Positions 42,347 to 52,428 of a stretch of DNA of 64,000 bases are shown here, in pieces. Origin of the DNA: an uncultured delta proteobacterium (GTDB lineage: Bacteria; Desulfobacterota; BSN033; UBA1163); assembly GCA_963827685.1 (NCBI GenBank), contig CAWHBU010000004.1, forward strand, positions 352,001 through 416,000, given 5' to 3'. Position numbers and translations under genes: made by a program. Each line of letters starts with the position of its first letter. The stretch's first letter is position 1. The notes beneath the pieces are model-generated. The model was not told where the DNA came from. It worked only from the letters and a program-made list of their open reading frames with translations, and did no database searches.

Positions 42347-42398
42347 TTGAGAAAGTTGATTGAGTGTCTAACCTGATACGGAGGTATATAATTTTTTA

Positions 42399-42441
42399 TT
42401 GACAAAGAATTTATTGTTTGGTATACATATATTATGTATAC
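42399..42441 (+). promoter_or_regulatory. marR promoter with overlapping palindromic operator
   Basis: TTGACA-17bp-TATACA; GTATACATA-tat-TATGTATAC. Confidence 0.7.
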
Positions 42442-42943
42442 AAAATATATGAAAGGTCGGGAGATGCCTAAACAAGTGGGTCGGAATGTGGCAATTTCGG
42501 AAATAATGCAGTCTCTTCGAAGAGTCTTTAAGTCTATTCAAGATTATTCTCAAGAGGTCTCAAACAAATTTGGGATCACTGGGCCACAACTCTGGGCGCT
42601 CAAAACCATTTCTGCGAATGAAAAACTATCCCTGGGGGAATTGAGCAAGAGGATGTATTTACACCCCAGCACTATTACAGGGGTTATGGATCGTTTGGAG
42701 AAGAAAGGCTATGTGCTAAGGGATCGAGGGCAAGAAGATCGAAGGGTCATTAAAGTCCAATTGACTCCCAAGGGAAAAAGGTTGGTCAGGAGAGCACCGA
42801 ATCCTGTCCAGGGGAAGATGATTTATGGATTAAGAAAGCTGAAGAAGGAAGAATTAAAATCCATTTATGATTCAGTCGAAAAATTGGTCAAAATCGTGGA
42901 GGCCCAAAACGTGAAGGTCACTTTCTTTTTCGATCAAGAATAA
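42434..42943 (+). CDS. MarR family transcriptional regulator (start may be 42464)
   Basis: GITGPQLWAL, STITGVMDRLEKKGYV, DRR...LTPKG. Confidence 0.93.
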   Translation: MYTKYMKGREMPKQVGRNVAISEIMQSLRRVFKSIQDYSQEVSNKFGITGPQLWALKTISANEKLSLGELSKRMYLHPSTITGVMDRLEKKGYVLRDRGQEDRRVIKVQLTPKGKRLVRRAPNPVQGKMIYGLRKLKKEELKSIYDSVEKLVKIVEAQNVKVTFFFDQE

Positions 42944-43255
42944 GTGCTAGGCTTCAATCCCGCTCATGAAATCTGGGAGGCGGGGGAGGGACGGGGACAG
43001 AGAATAGAGAAACCAAAATGGTTCTGAGAATATAAAGGCAGATGTGGAAAATAAACAAAAAAGCTGAGAGCATTGAAGGAGGCCTATTCAGATTGTCTTC
43101 ACCTCCCATGATCGAAATCAAATGTGATTTCCATGGAATCCACTTCTCTGACACAGGCCTCCTTCTTTTTCTTTACAGGATTTCATAGCAATTGTTATCC
43201 AAATATGACTTGAATAGAAAAGGTCATTCAAATCACTCATTAAAGGAGGTAGATT

Positions 43256-43834
43256 ATGGTAAGAAAAGATGTCGGTATTTTGGTCCTTATCCTCTGTCTT
43301 GGACTCATCCTAATAGGATGTCCAAAGAAAACCATGGTCAAGGAGGAGCCATCCGTTAAAAAAGAAGAAGCGGTAGCAAAGCCAGAAGCTGAACGAACAA
43401 AGGAAATGAAGGGCAAAGAAGAACAGGGTGCGAAAGAATTTGAAAAGAGTCTCGTGGCAAAGAAGGAACCAGGCATTAAGGGGGAGATCTTTGAAAGCAA
43501 ACTTCTTAAAGACATCCACTTCGACTTTGATAGGTACAATATCCGTCCGGGGGACGCAGAGATTCTGAATGAAAATGCGGCCCTGCTGAAGAAATACCCC
43601 AAGGTGAAGGTCCAGATCGAAGGACATTGTGACGAGAGGGGAACCACAGAATACAACCTTGCTCTCGGAGAGAGGCGAGCTAATAACACAAAAAAGTATC
43701 TCGTTTCCCTTGGTATTTCAGCAGGCCGTATCTCCACAATTAGCTATGGAAAAGAGAAACCTTTGGATCCAGGCCATAATGAGGAAGCATGGGCCAAAAA
43801 CCGAAGGGCTCACATTGTGGTTGTATCGAAGTAA
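43256..43834 (+). CDS. pal: Peptidoglycan-associated lipoprotein, copy 1
   Basis: LIGC lipobox, IHFDFD, EGHCDERGT.EYNLALGERRA, KNRRA. Confidence 0.95.
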   Translation: MVRKDVGILVLILCLGLILIGCPKKTMVKEEPSVKKEEAVAKPEAERTKEMKGKEEQGAKEFEKSLVAKKEPGIKGEIFESKLLKDIHFDFDRYNIRPGDAEILNENAALLKKYPKVKVQIEGHCDERGTTEYNLALGERRANNTKKYLVSLGISAGRISTISYGKEKPLDPGHNEEAWAKNRRAHIVVVSK

Positions 43835-43966
43835 AAAGGTTGGATGGTCATAGGGAATTTGATCATCGAACGAGAAAGAGTTTAAAATTCTTCCATAAGA
43901 ATTGCTCGGGTTGACCGAGAAACCGTTCAACGGTGGCAGGGAAAAATCCTGCCACCGTTTTCTCCA

Positions 43967-45787
43967 ATGTTTCCAGCGATGCCCACAGTTCAAAAATTTC
44001 TTCAGTCCTTTTCACCTGCTCGAATGAAGTTGATATGGCGCTGGATCTTCATCGGGATTCTGATCGGTGTCGTATCCGGGTTCGGAGCCATTCTTTTTAA
44101 TTTTCTTTTACAAAGAGGAACCCAATTCTTTATGAAGGACCTCATAGCCCTCATCCTTCCAGGGGAGCTCCAGAGAGTTTCCCTCCTAGGGGTTCCCCTC
44201 GCTCGTTGGATGATCCTATGGATCCCTGCCCTGGGAGGGCTCCTCTCAGGACTCCTTGTGTTCCGTTTTGCGCCCGAAGCTGAGGGGCATGGGACGGATG
44301 CAATGATTGAGAGTTTTCATCGGAAAAAGGGAATCGTTAGGAAGAGGGTCCCTATTGTTAAAACGATTGCCTCGGCTATTACTATCGGCTCAGGAGGCTC
44401 CGCGGGGAAAGAAGGCCCCATCGCCCAAATCGGTTCCGGATTTGCTTCCTTTTTAGCTTCTGTTCTGAAAATGGATGAGCACGATCGCCGAATTATGTTG
44501 CTGGCTGGAGCAGCGGGGGGGCTTGGCGCCATCTTTAAAGCCCCTTTGGGTTCGGCCCTCTTTGCTACTGAAGTGCTCTACCGAAGGCCGGAGTTCGAAT
44601 TCGAGGCGATTATCCCTTGCATCCTTTCTTCCATTGTGGGCTACACTGTTTTTACTTTCTATTATGGATGGGATACCCTCTTTCACATCCCAATGTTTAC
44701 CTTTATCCATCCTAGCGAACTCTTCTTCTATGGTGTCTTTGGAGTTTTTTGTGCGGCCGTCGGTTTCTTTTATATCCACATCTTTTATGGCATGAGGGAT
44801 CGGTTCTTCAGAAGGCTCCATGTTTCAAGGCCACTGAAGGTCGCATTGGGAGGCTTGATGCTGGGAGGGCTCGCTTTCTTTTTCCCTCAGGTACTGGGGG
44901 GAGGCTATGAGTGGATCCAATCCGCTATCGATGGAAAACTGGCAGTTGACTTGATGCTGGTGTTGGTCTTGGCCAAAATCTTCGCTACTTCCTTTACGAT
45001 TAGTTCGGGGGGGAGCGGAGGCGTTTTCGCCCCTTCCCTGTTTATAGGTTCAATGATGGGCGGTTTTTATGGAAATCTCTGCTCAAAACTGTTTCCTCAT
45101 TGGGTGATCCATCCCCATGCTTTTGTTTTGGTGGGAATGGCAGGTTTTTTCGCTGGCGTTGCAAAGGTACCCATCGCCTCCTTGATTATGATTACTGAAA
45201 TGACAGGCGGTTATAGTCTCATTGTTCCGCTGATGATAGTCTCCACCATTTCGTATCTTTTGCTAGGAGAAACTTCGCTCTACGAAAAACAGGTCTCAAT
45301 GCGCGTTGACTCCCCAGCACACACCGGAGATTTCGCCATCGACATTTTGGAGCATATTTCTGTAAAAGAGGCCCTTCCGCCAGACAGAAAAGTCGAGATG
45401 ATACCGGAAGGGATGCCTTTTGAGGAAATGATGCGGCTAATTGTAAATTCAAATCAACAGAATTTTCCTGTGGTTGATGACAGGGGGCACTTGAAAGGGA
45501 TCCTGTCATTGACAGATATGCGGAGGGTCATGCTGGAAAAAGAGCTCCATCAATTCGTCATCGCCAAAGATATTGCTACGGAGGCAGTTTTGACAGTGAC
45601 ACCGGGGGACAGCCTTAAGACCGCTTTGCAAAAGATGACCGAAGCTGAGATTCGTGAGCTACCAGTGGTAAGCAAAGAAAATCCGTGGAAGGTGATCTCT
45701 ATGCTGAGTCGAAAGGATGTCATCCGGACCTACCACGACGAGATTGAGAGACTGAAGATGGCGAGGACGAATGACTTGATAGGATGA
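43967..45787 (+). CDS. ClC family chloride channel/antiporter with CBS domains, copy 1
   Basis: AEGHGTD, GKEGP, GGVFAP, C-terminal CBS pair. Confidence 0.95.
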   Translation: MFPAMPTVQKFLQSFSPARMKLIWRWIFIGILIGVVSGFGAILFNFLLQRGTQFFMKDLIALILPGELQRVSLLGVPLARWMILWIPALGGLLSGLLVFRFAPEAEGHGTDAMIESFHRKKGIVRKRVPIVKTIASAITIGSGGSAGKEGPIAQIGSGFASFLASVLKMDEHDRRIMLLAGAAGGLGAIFKAPLGSALFATEVLYRRPEFEFEAIIPCILSSIVGYTVFTFYYGWDTLFHIPMFTFIHPSELFFYGVFGVFCAAVGFFYIHIFYGMRDRFFRRLHVSRPLKVALGGLMLGGLAFFFPQVLGGGYEWIQSAIDGKLAVDLMLVLVLAKIFATSFTISSGGSGGVFAPSLFIGSMMGGFYGNLCSKLFPHWVIHPHAFVLVGMAGFFAGVAKVPIASLIMITEMTGGYSLIVPLMIVSTISYLLLGETSLYEKQVSMRVDSPAHTGDFAIDILEHISVKEALPPDRKVEMIPEGMPFEEMMRLIVNSNQQNFPVVDDRGHLKGILSLTDMRRVMLEKELHQFVIAKDIATEAVLTVTPGDSLKTALQKMTEAEIRELPVVSKENPWKVISMLSRKDVIRTYHDEIERLKMARTNDLIG

Positions 45788-45860
45788 AGAAAAACATTGA
45801 ACCTCAACACGTTTATTTGTTTTCATCCGTCAAGTAAGAAGCCAAAACAGGTGAAGTACA

Positions 45861-46718
45861 TTGAAATCATTCAATCGGAGAAAGGAAGTCCTAAACAAAC
45901 TTCATCTCGCGTGGAAAGCATTAAAGAAGTTTGATGATGACCGCGGTTTTTTTCTATCCTCGGGGATCACCTTTAACCTCCTAATCTGTTTAGTCCCCCT
46001 CATGTTACTGTTTTTGTCTTTAGCCGGTATCTACCTTCACGGTGACCGAGAAGCGATGAATCATATTCGTAGTTATTTTGAAAATGCTGTTCCTGCGTTA
46101 GATCCGAGGATAATGGGGAACATCCTTAGGATCATACGGGACCGGAAAATTGTTGGGCTACTTGGCATCGGAGGGCTCATCTGGACCTCTACATGGGTTT
46201 TCAGTTCTTTGAGAAGTGCTCTTAATATTGTCTTCCAGGTGGAGAGGGGACGCGGAATCCTTCGAGGAAAGGCAATCGATCTTTTAATGATAATTTTGGT
46301 AATGGTCTTGTTACTGATGAGCATGGGTCTCACTTCAGTCATTGCCTTCATCCAACAGTACGGTTTTAGTTTTTTTGTTGATTTGAGGCCGATCACTCGT
46401 TTTATCATTAAATATCTGATTCCGTTCTTCTTCACCTATTGGATGTTCTTTTTAGTTTATAAAATCATACCCAATAAAAAAGTTCCACTTAAGTCTGCTT
46501 TTCAGGCAGCCTTCATTACCAGTCTATTCTGGGAGGTGGCAAAACAGTTATTTGGCTGGTATGTTCTGCATCTCGGAAGATTCTCTATGGTCTATGGTTC
46601 TTTAGGTATCCTTGCTATTTTTTTCTTCTGGATTTATTACTCATCAGCCATCCTACTCCTTGGAGGAGAGGTCTGCCATTTGCTGGAAAAAAGTAAAAAT
46701 GGAATCAACAATAGTTGA
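45861..46718 (+). CDS. YihY/BrkB family inner membrane protein, copy 1
   Basis: ALNIVF, WEVAKQLF, VYGSLG, LLLGGE. Confidence 0.92.
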   Translation: MKSFNRRKEVLNKLHLAWKALKKFDDDRGFFLSSGITFNLLICLVPLMLLFLSLAGIYLHGDREAMNHIRSYFENAVPALDPRIMGNILRIIRDRKIVGLLGIGGLIWTSTWVFSSLRSALNIVFQVERGRGILRGKAIDLLMIILVMVLLLMSMGLTSVIAFIQQYGFSFFVDLRPITRFIIKYLIPFFFTYWMFFLVYKIIPNKKVPLKSAFQAAFITSLFWEVAKQLFGWYVLHLGRFSMVYGSLGILAIFFFWIYYSSAILLLGGEVCHLLEKSKNGINNS

Positions 46719-46861
46719 GAAAAGCATCTCCTTTCAACCCGTTTCAGGTCTCTAGCCTCCATTCTGTCGATGATTCCTGAAATTGATCCTAGAGACCATG
46801 AAAGGACGAGCAATAATTTTTCGGAAAAAAGCTTTGAGAGATTTCAGACTGGGAGTGAAGT

Positions 46862-47047
46862 GTGGAAAAGGCCAAGAAGGGTGACAGATTTATTAAACCT
46901 TCCAAAAATAAGATTTATGTCGTAAAGAAAGTTATGCTGAAGGGTGTTTGGGTAGTCTTAAAAGAAGAAAATGGAGACCATCAGATTTTGGCATCTCAGG
47001 AAAGTCTAAGAACACGGAGAAAATGGAAAAAAGATAGAGGAGGATAA
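46862..47047 (+). CDS. Small basic hypothetical protein
   Basis: 61 aa, GGGAG RBS before GTG. Confidence 0.4.
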   Translation: MEKAKKGDRFIKPSKNKIYVVKKVMLKGVWVVLKEENGDHQILASQESLRTRRKWKKDRGG

Positions 47048-47510
47048 TTCTCAAATCGGGGATGGCTTAATAGTCATTTTCCAAAAGCCCCTGTTTCTAA
47101 CACTTTAATCGTTCTCTCTGTTTTAGCGACTGCTACATTAACTCAACTAGGTTCTCTTATAGAAGGGCGTAGCCAAAGGAAAATTTGATGACCATGCTTC
47201 CACCTGCAACGTTTGTATAACCTAAGCAAGGATGGCATTCTTGCAGGATGATGTTGGAGCCACATTAGTGAAGTCCCTCAGAGGTCTTCTTGGGGAGCAG
47301 TGTTTTTAATCTCGGCTTTTTTATTTAAAGAAAAGGATGTTTTCATTTTAGGCTGTTAGGGTTCTAAATAAGTTCTTTTTAGTTTTTTGTGAAGCCTTAA
47401 TAGATCTCTTCTCAGGATGTACTGAAAGCTGTCAAAAAATGGGAAAGGAGGTGCTGGATATAAAGGTCTGATATTTCTACTAACCCCTAACCAAGAAAGG
47501 AGAATAGCGT

Positions 47511-48044
47511 ATGCATTACAAAAAGATCCTCGTATTAATACCTTTGTGCCTGGCCATTGGATTCTTTAGTTGTTCTAAGGAAGAAAAGAAGGTGGAGGCT
47601 CCCAAACAGGAGCAAATCACAAAGAATTTGGTCCCCCCGAAGGCTGAGCTTACGGGACAGAATTTTTCAGTGGAGCTCAGCGATCTTAAAGTGGCGATGA
47701 CTGTTGACACAGCTTCTAAAGAGATCGTCGAGACGCCAAGCCTCAAGGGTAACATAAAGATCACCAATAAATCGCAAGATATTCTGGATATCCAGGCGGT
47801 CACCCTCGAATACTTGGATGGAGCTGGGAAACCAATTGCTTTTAAATCTGGAGAGAAAGTATCGAAGGTTTCTTTGTATTTGAAGGTTACTAAGCCCGGA
47901 GAAACTACCGAAGGGTCTTTGGATGCTACAATCCCAAGGATGGCTGTCAAAGAAAAGGTTCTGGGAAAGATAGAAATCAACTTGGTCTATATCCCGTCTC
48001 CTCTTAAGCGAGAGACTTTGACTTTGCCTGAAAAGATTGAATAG
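47511..48044 (+). CDS. Hypothetical lipoprotein
   Basis: FFSC lipobox, AAGGAG RBS. Confidence 0.8.
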   Translation: MHYKKILVLIPLCLAIGFFSCSKEEKKVEAPKQEQITKNLVPPKAELTGQNFSVELSDLKVAMTVDTASKEIVETPSLKGNIKITNKSQDILDIQAVTLEYLDGAGKPIAFKSGEKVSKVSLYLKVTKPGETTEGSLDATIPRMAVKEKVLGKIEINLVYIPSPLKRETLTLPEKIE

Positions 48045-48093
48045 CTCCTAATATTAAGATATTAATGGCAAAAATGCCTCTCTTGTTCGTCCT

Positions 48094-48756
48094 TTGAAAG
48101 CGGGCTTCATACAGGGGGATAAGGTAACGGTAGAGAAACTTCTTTATGCGGTACTCATAAAATCTGCAAACGATGCTGCTGTTGCTCTTGCGGAAGCAGT
48201 AGCCGGTTCCGAAAAGGGTTTTGTCGAACTTATGAACCCAAAGGCCATATCAATCGGAGCAAAGGATACTAAATTCATAAACTCGACTGGCCTTCCAGGT
48301 CCTCACCAATATACCACAGCCTTAGACTTATCAAAAATTATGAGTTGTGTGTTGAGTTACCCCAAATTAAAAGAGATAATCGCAACCCCTGCGGCAGAAC
48401 TCTCGACAGACATAGGGGAAATCTTGTCTCTAAAAAATACGAACAAGCTTTTATGGTCGGATGGAAATCTTATAGGAGGAAAGACAGGATACACCTTCAG
48501 GGCTGGACATTGTTTTGTATGTGCAGCTGAACGGGAGAAAGAGGTAATTATTGTTGCTCTTCTTGGGAGTTCGAGCCGGGAGCATCTTTGGAAAGAGGCA
48601 GAAGCCCTTATTGATACAGGGTTCCAGATCATAGGAAATAAAAAGAGGCTGCAATCGATACACATACAAAATGGTAGGCAAAATAAAGAGTTGTCGGGTT
48701 CCTTCGGAAAATATTCAATACACGGAAGAAATAGATTCGGGCACCCTTACATTTAG
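48094..48756 (+). pseudogene. D-Ala-D-Ala carboxypeptidase (S11) fragment
   Basis: SANDAA and GGKTG present; signal peptide and catalytic SxxK absent. Confidence 0.75.
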
Positions 48757-48854
48757 ATCAGCCAAGAGACTTTGAGAACAGGATATGTGTTCCTGCATGG
48801 TCGTCGAATCACCGTCCCCAGATTGAAGGGTCGCTTTCAGGAGGGCTGAACCCA

Positions 48855-49448
48855 ATGAGGATCTACAAAACGTTCTCAATTTCCCTATTGGCATTTCTTT
48901 TGGTCGGCTTAAATAGCAATGCCTTTGGATGGTCATGGAGAGACTTGGAAATTGGGGTGACAACAGAAGAAGAGTTACTCAAATTCGGAGGACTACCAAA
49001 AAAGATTATTCTGCGCACCCCGGAGTACTTTAATCTGAAACAGGGAAAGCCATATTCCGCACAACTGGTATATGAGGATTCCAATCGGATCAGAGAAGAA
49101 GTAAGGCGGATAGAATCAACCGGGGGATCAACCGCATATGATCCCTGCAAAGTTCCTATTCTAATAACATTTCCTTTGCAACTATCCGAGGAGGTGGAGC
49201 ACATAAAGATAGTTTTAAGCCTGAAACATGGTAAATTATCTTTTTTTGATTATACCTTTAGTTTCTATCCGACTGGTTTTGATAAGAAAAAATATACTGC
49301 CCTATTTAATGGGCTACTTGGTAAACCCGTCCAGACTATGAAAGGAGGTGCTTTTAAGGATTCAATCTACGTAACTTATGAAGGGGATTACTCTATTAAT
49401 ATAGACCCTTCCCGAAGGGAAATTCATTTCTACAGGGGTTCGCATTAA
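48855..49448 (+). CDS. Hypothetical exported protein
   Basis: Signal peptide; LEIGVTTEEEL..FG.P SmpA/OmlA-like start. Confidence 0.65.
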   Translation: MRIYKTFSISLLAFLLVGLNSNAFGWSWRDLEIGVTTEEELLKFGGLPKKIILRTPEYFNLKQGKPYSAQLVYEDSNRIREEVRRIESTGGSTAYDPCKVPILITFPLQLSEEVEHIKIVLSLKHGKLSFFDYTFSFYPTGFDKKKYTALFNGLLGKPVQTMKGGAFKDSIYVTYEGDYSINIDPSRREIHFYRGSH

Positions 49449-49608
49449 AGCTCATTTGAATGAAAGGGGGTGAAACGAGCAGGATTGATATTTCTCCATC
49501 TTTCAGACGTAGCGGTTAGCAAGTTGTATGGTTCCATGCAAGAGAAAATCAATGTGGACGAATTGAATAGGAAAGGGCACCAGAATCATTTTTAAAAGGA
49601 GATTGACC

Positions 49609-50184
49609 ATGGTTAGAAAAAACCTCTACATTTTCATCCCTATCCTCTGTCTTGGACTCATTCTAATAGGATGTCCAAAGAAAACCGTGGTTAGGGAGGA
49701 GCCATCCGTTAAAAAGGAAGGGGTGGCAAAGCCAGAAGCTGAACGAACAAAGGAAATGAAGGCCAAAGAAGAACAAGGTGCGAAAGAATTTGAAAAGAGT
49801 CTCGTGGCAAAGAAGGAACCAGGCATTAAGGGGGAGATCTTTGAAAGCAGACTTCTTAAAGACATCCACTTCGACTTTGATAAGTACAATATCCGTCCGG
49901 GGGACGCAGAGATTCTGAATGAAAATGCGGCCCTGCTGAAGAAATACCCCAAGGTGAAGGTCCAGATCGAAGGACATTGTGACGAGAGGGGAACCACAGA
50001 ATACAACCTTGCTCTTGGAGAGAGACGGGCGAACAGCACGAAAAAGTATCTCATCTCTCTTGGCATTTCTGCAACTCGTATCTCCACAATCAGCTATGGG
50101 AAGGAGAGGCCTTTAGACACTGGCCATAATGAGGAAGCATGGGCTAAGAACCGAAGGGCTCATTTTATCATCTTATCCAAATAA
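49609..50184 (+). CDS. pal: Peptidoglycan-associated lipoprotein, copy 2
   Basis: Near-identical to 43256-43834. Confidence 0.95.
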   Translation: MVRKNLYIFIPILCLGLILIGCPKKTVVREEPSVKKEGVAKPEAERTKEMKAKEEQGAKEFEKSLVAKKEPGIKGEIFESRLLKDIHFDFDKYNIRPGDAEILNENAALLKKYPKVKVQIEGHCDERGTTEYNLALGERRANSTKKYLISLGISATRISTISYGKERPLDTGHNEEAWAKNRRAHFIILSK

Positions 50185-50401
50185 TAAGGATACGGTGTTC
50201 TTTTTTCTGTCGGGTTTGATTTCGGAATAAGATAGCAAATCTTTAAAGACATTTGAAAAAAAAGCAAGTGTGAGCGGAAAGGCACTTTGCGTAGCAAAGG
50301 ATAGATGCGAAGGGCCGCCTCAAAGGGATTACTATTTTCCCAGGGGATATCAGGATCTTCCTCCTTATTTTTAAATAGGGAAATCTAGCCCCGATTCTCT
50401 A

Positions 50402-50500
50402 TGAAGCTCCTCGCGCACAGGGCGGGGCTTCCCGGTAATGAAACAGCATTCATGTTGTGCTCCTTGACCCCGCCTACAAGGCGGGGCTTGCGGGGCACGC
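50402..50500. repeat. Palindromic dispersed repeat (related to 12381-12448)
   Basis: TGAAGCTCC...CCCCGCCTACAAGGCGGGGCTTGCGGGGCACG. Confidence 0.7.
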
Positions 50501-50554
50501 TGCGATCAAAAAAATGTTTTGGATTGCTATCCAAATCATAGGGTGATCTGATCA

Positions 50555-52357
50555 ATGATCAAGAAATTTCTTCAATCCTTTTCACCTGCTCGAATGAGGG
50601 GGGTATGGCGATGGATCGTTCTCGGGATTCTCATTGGTGTAGTATCAGGCTTTGGAGCTATCCTATTTAACTTTCTTCTCCAAAGGGGAACCCAATTCTT
50701 TATGAAAGACCTTGTAGAACTCGTTCTTCCACAGGAATTTCATGACGTTTCGTTCTTTGGCGTCCCTCTTCATCGGTGGATGATACTATGGATCCCTGCA
50801 TTGGGAGGGCTTCTCTCGGGGTTTATCGTATTCCGTTTTGCTCCTGAAACCGAAGGCCATGGAACGGATGCGATGATTGAGAGTTTTCACCGGAAAAAGG
50901 GAATTGTTCGGAAAAGGGTCCCCATTATTAAAACCATTGCATCAGCCATCACCATTGGTTCAGGAGGATCTGCAGGGAAAGAAGGTCCGATTGCCCAGAT
51001 CGGTTCAGGGTTTGCTTCCTTCTTGGCTTCTGTTTTGAAGATGGATGAACACGACCGCCGAATTATGTTACTGGCTGGAGCGGCTGGAGGGTTGGGTGCC
51101 ATTTTCAAAGCCCCTTTGGGTTCCGCCCTGTTTGCCACAGAGGTCCTCTACCGAAGACCGGAATTCGAATTCGAAGGGATTATACCCTGCATCCTTTCTT
51201 CGATTGTGGGCTACACAGTTTTTACGCTTTATTATGGATGGGGTACCCTCTTTCACATCCCCAGATTTCCCTTTACCCCTCTAAGCGAACTCTTCTTCTA
51301 CGGCGTGTTTGGGGTTTTTTGTGCGGCCGTGGGTTTCTTTTACATCCATACCTTCTATGGCATGAGGGATCGATTCTTCAAAAAACTCCCTCTTTCAAGG
51401 CCATTGCAGGTCGCATTGGGAGGGCTAATGCTGGGGGGTCTGGCTTTCTTTCTCCCTCAGGTTTTGGGTGGGGGGTACGACTGGATCCAGTCAGCCATTG
51501 ATGGAAAACTGGCAGTTGGGCTAATGCTGGTGTTGGTCTTTGCCAAAGTTTTTGCTACCTCCTTTACTATTAGTTCGGGGGGGAGTGGCGGTGTCTTTGC
51601 CCCATCCCTTTTCATCGGTTCGATGCTGGGCGGTTTTTATGGAAATCTCTGCTCGAAACTTTTTCCCCATTGGGTGATCCATCCGAATGCTTTTGTTTTG
51701 GTTGGAATGGGGGGATTTTTTGCTGGTGTAGCGAAAGTCCCGATTGCATCATTGATCATGGTTGCCGAGATGACAGGTGGTTACAGTTTAATTGTGCCAT
51801 TGATGATCGTTTCTACCATCTCATACCTTTTATTGGGAGAAACTTCCTTATATGAGAAGCAGGTATCCACCCGAGTTGATTCTCCAGCCCATGTCGGTGA
51901 CTTCGCTGTCGATATTTTGGATCATATTTCTGTAAAAGAGGCCCTCTCCCGGGACAGAAAGGTGGAGACGATACCGGAGGGAATGCCCTTTGAGGAAATG
52001 ATGGCGCTCATTATAGATTCAAATCAACAGACTTTTCCTGTGATCGATAACAGCGGGCGTTTAAAAGGGATTCTCTCGTTGACGGATATGCGGAGAGTAA
52101 TGCTGGAAAAAGAGCTCCATCAATTCGTCATCGCCAAAGATATTGCTACGGAGGCAGTTTTGACAGTGACACCGGAGGACAGCCTTAAGACCGCTCTGCA
52201 AAAGATGACCGAAGCTGAGATTCGTGAACTGCCGGTAGTAAGCAAAGAAAATCCGTGGAAAGTGATCTCTATGCTGAGTCGAAAGGATGTCATCCGGACC
52301 TACCATGACGAGATCGAGAGACTTAAGGTGGGAAGGACGAATGGCTTGATAGGATGA
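50555..52357 (+). CDS. ClC family chloride channel/antiporter with CBS domains, copy 2
   Basis: Paralog of 43967-45787. Confidence 0.95.
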   Translation: MIKKFLQSFSPARMRGVWRWIVLGILIGVVSGFGAILFNFLLQRGTQFFMKDLVELVLPQEFHDVSFFGVPLHRWMILWIPALGGLLSGFIVFRFAPETEGHGTDAMIESFHRKKGIVRKRVPIIKTIASAITIGSGGSAGKEGPIAQIGSGFASFLASVLKMDEHDRRIMLLAGAAGGLGAIFKAPLGSALFATEVLYRRPEFEFEGIIPCILSSIVGYTVFTLYYGWGTLFHIPRFPFTPLSELFFYGVFGVFCAAVGFFYIHTFYGMRDRFFKKLPLSRPLQVALGGLMLGGLAFFLPQVLGGGYDWIQSAIDGKLAVGLMLVLVFAKVFATSFTISSGGSGGVFAPSLFIGSMLGGFYGNLCSKLFPHWVIHPNAFVLVGMGGFFAGVAKVPIASLIMVAEMTGGYSLIVPLMIVSTISYLLLGETSLYEKQVSTRVDSPAHVGDFAVDILDHISVKEALSRDRKVETIPEGMPFEEMMALIIDSNQQTFPVIDNSGRLKGILSLTDMRRVMLEKELHQFVIAKDIATEAVLTVTPEDSLKTALQKMTEAEIRELPVVSKENPWKVISMLSRKDVIRTYHDEIERLKVGRTNGLIG

Positions 52358-52428
52358 AAAAAAATCGAACTTCAACACGTTTATTTGCTTTCATCCGTCA
52401 AGTAAGAAGCCAAAACAGGTGAAGTACA

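Noticed and set aside
42415-42445. dif-like palindrome
   Set aside because: 3-bp spacer and overlap with the -10 box fit a MarR operator
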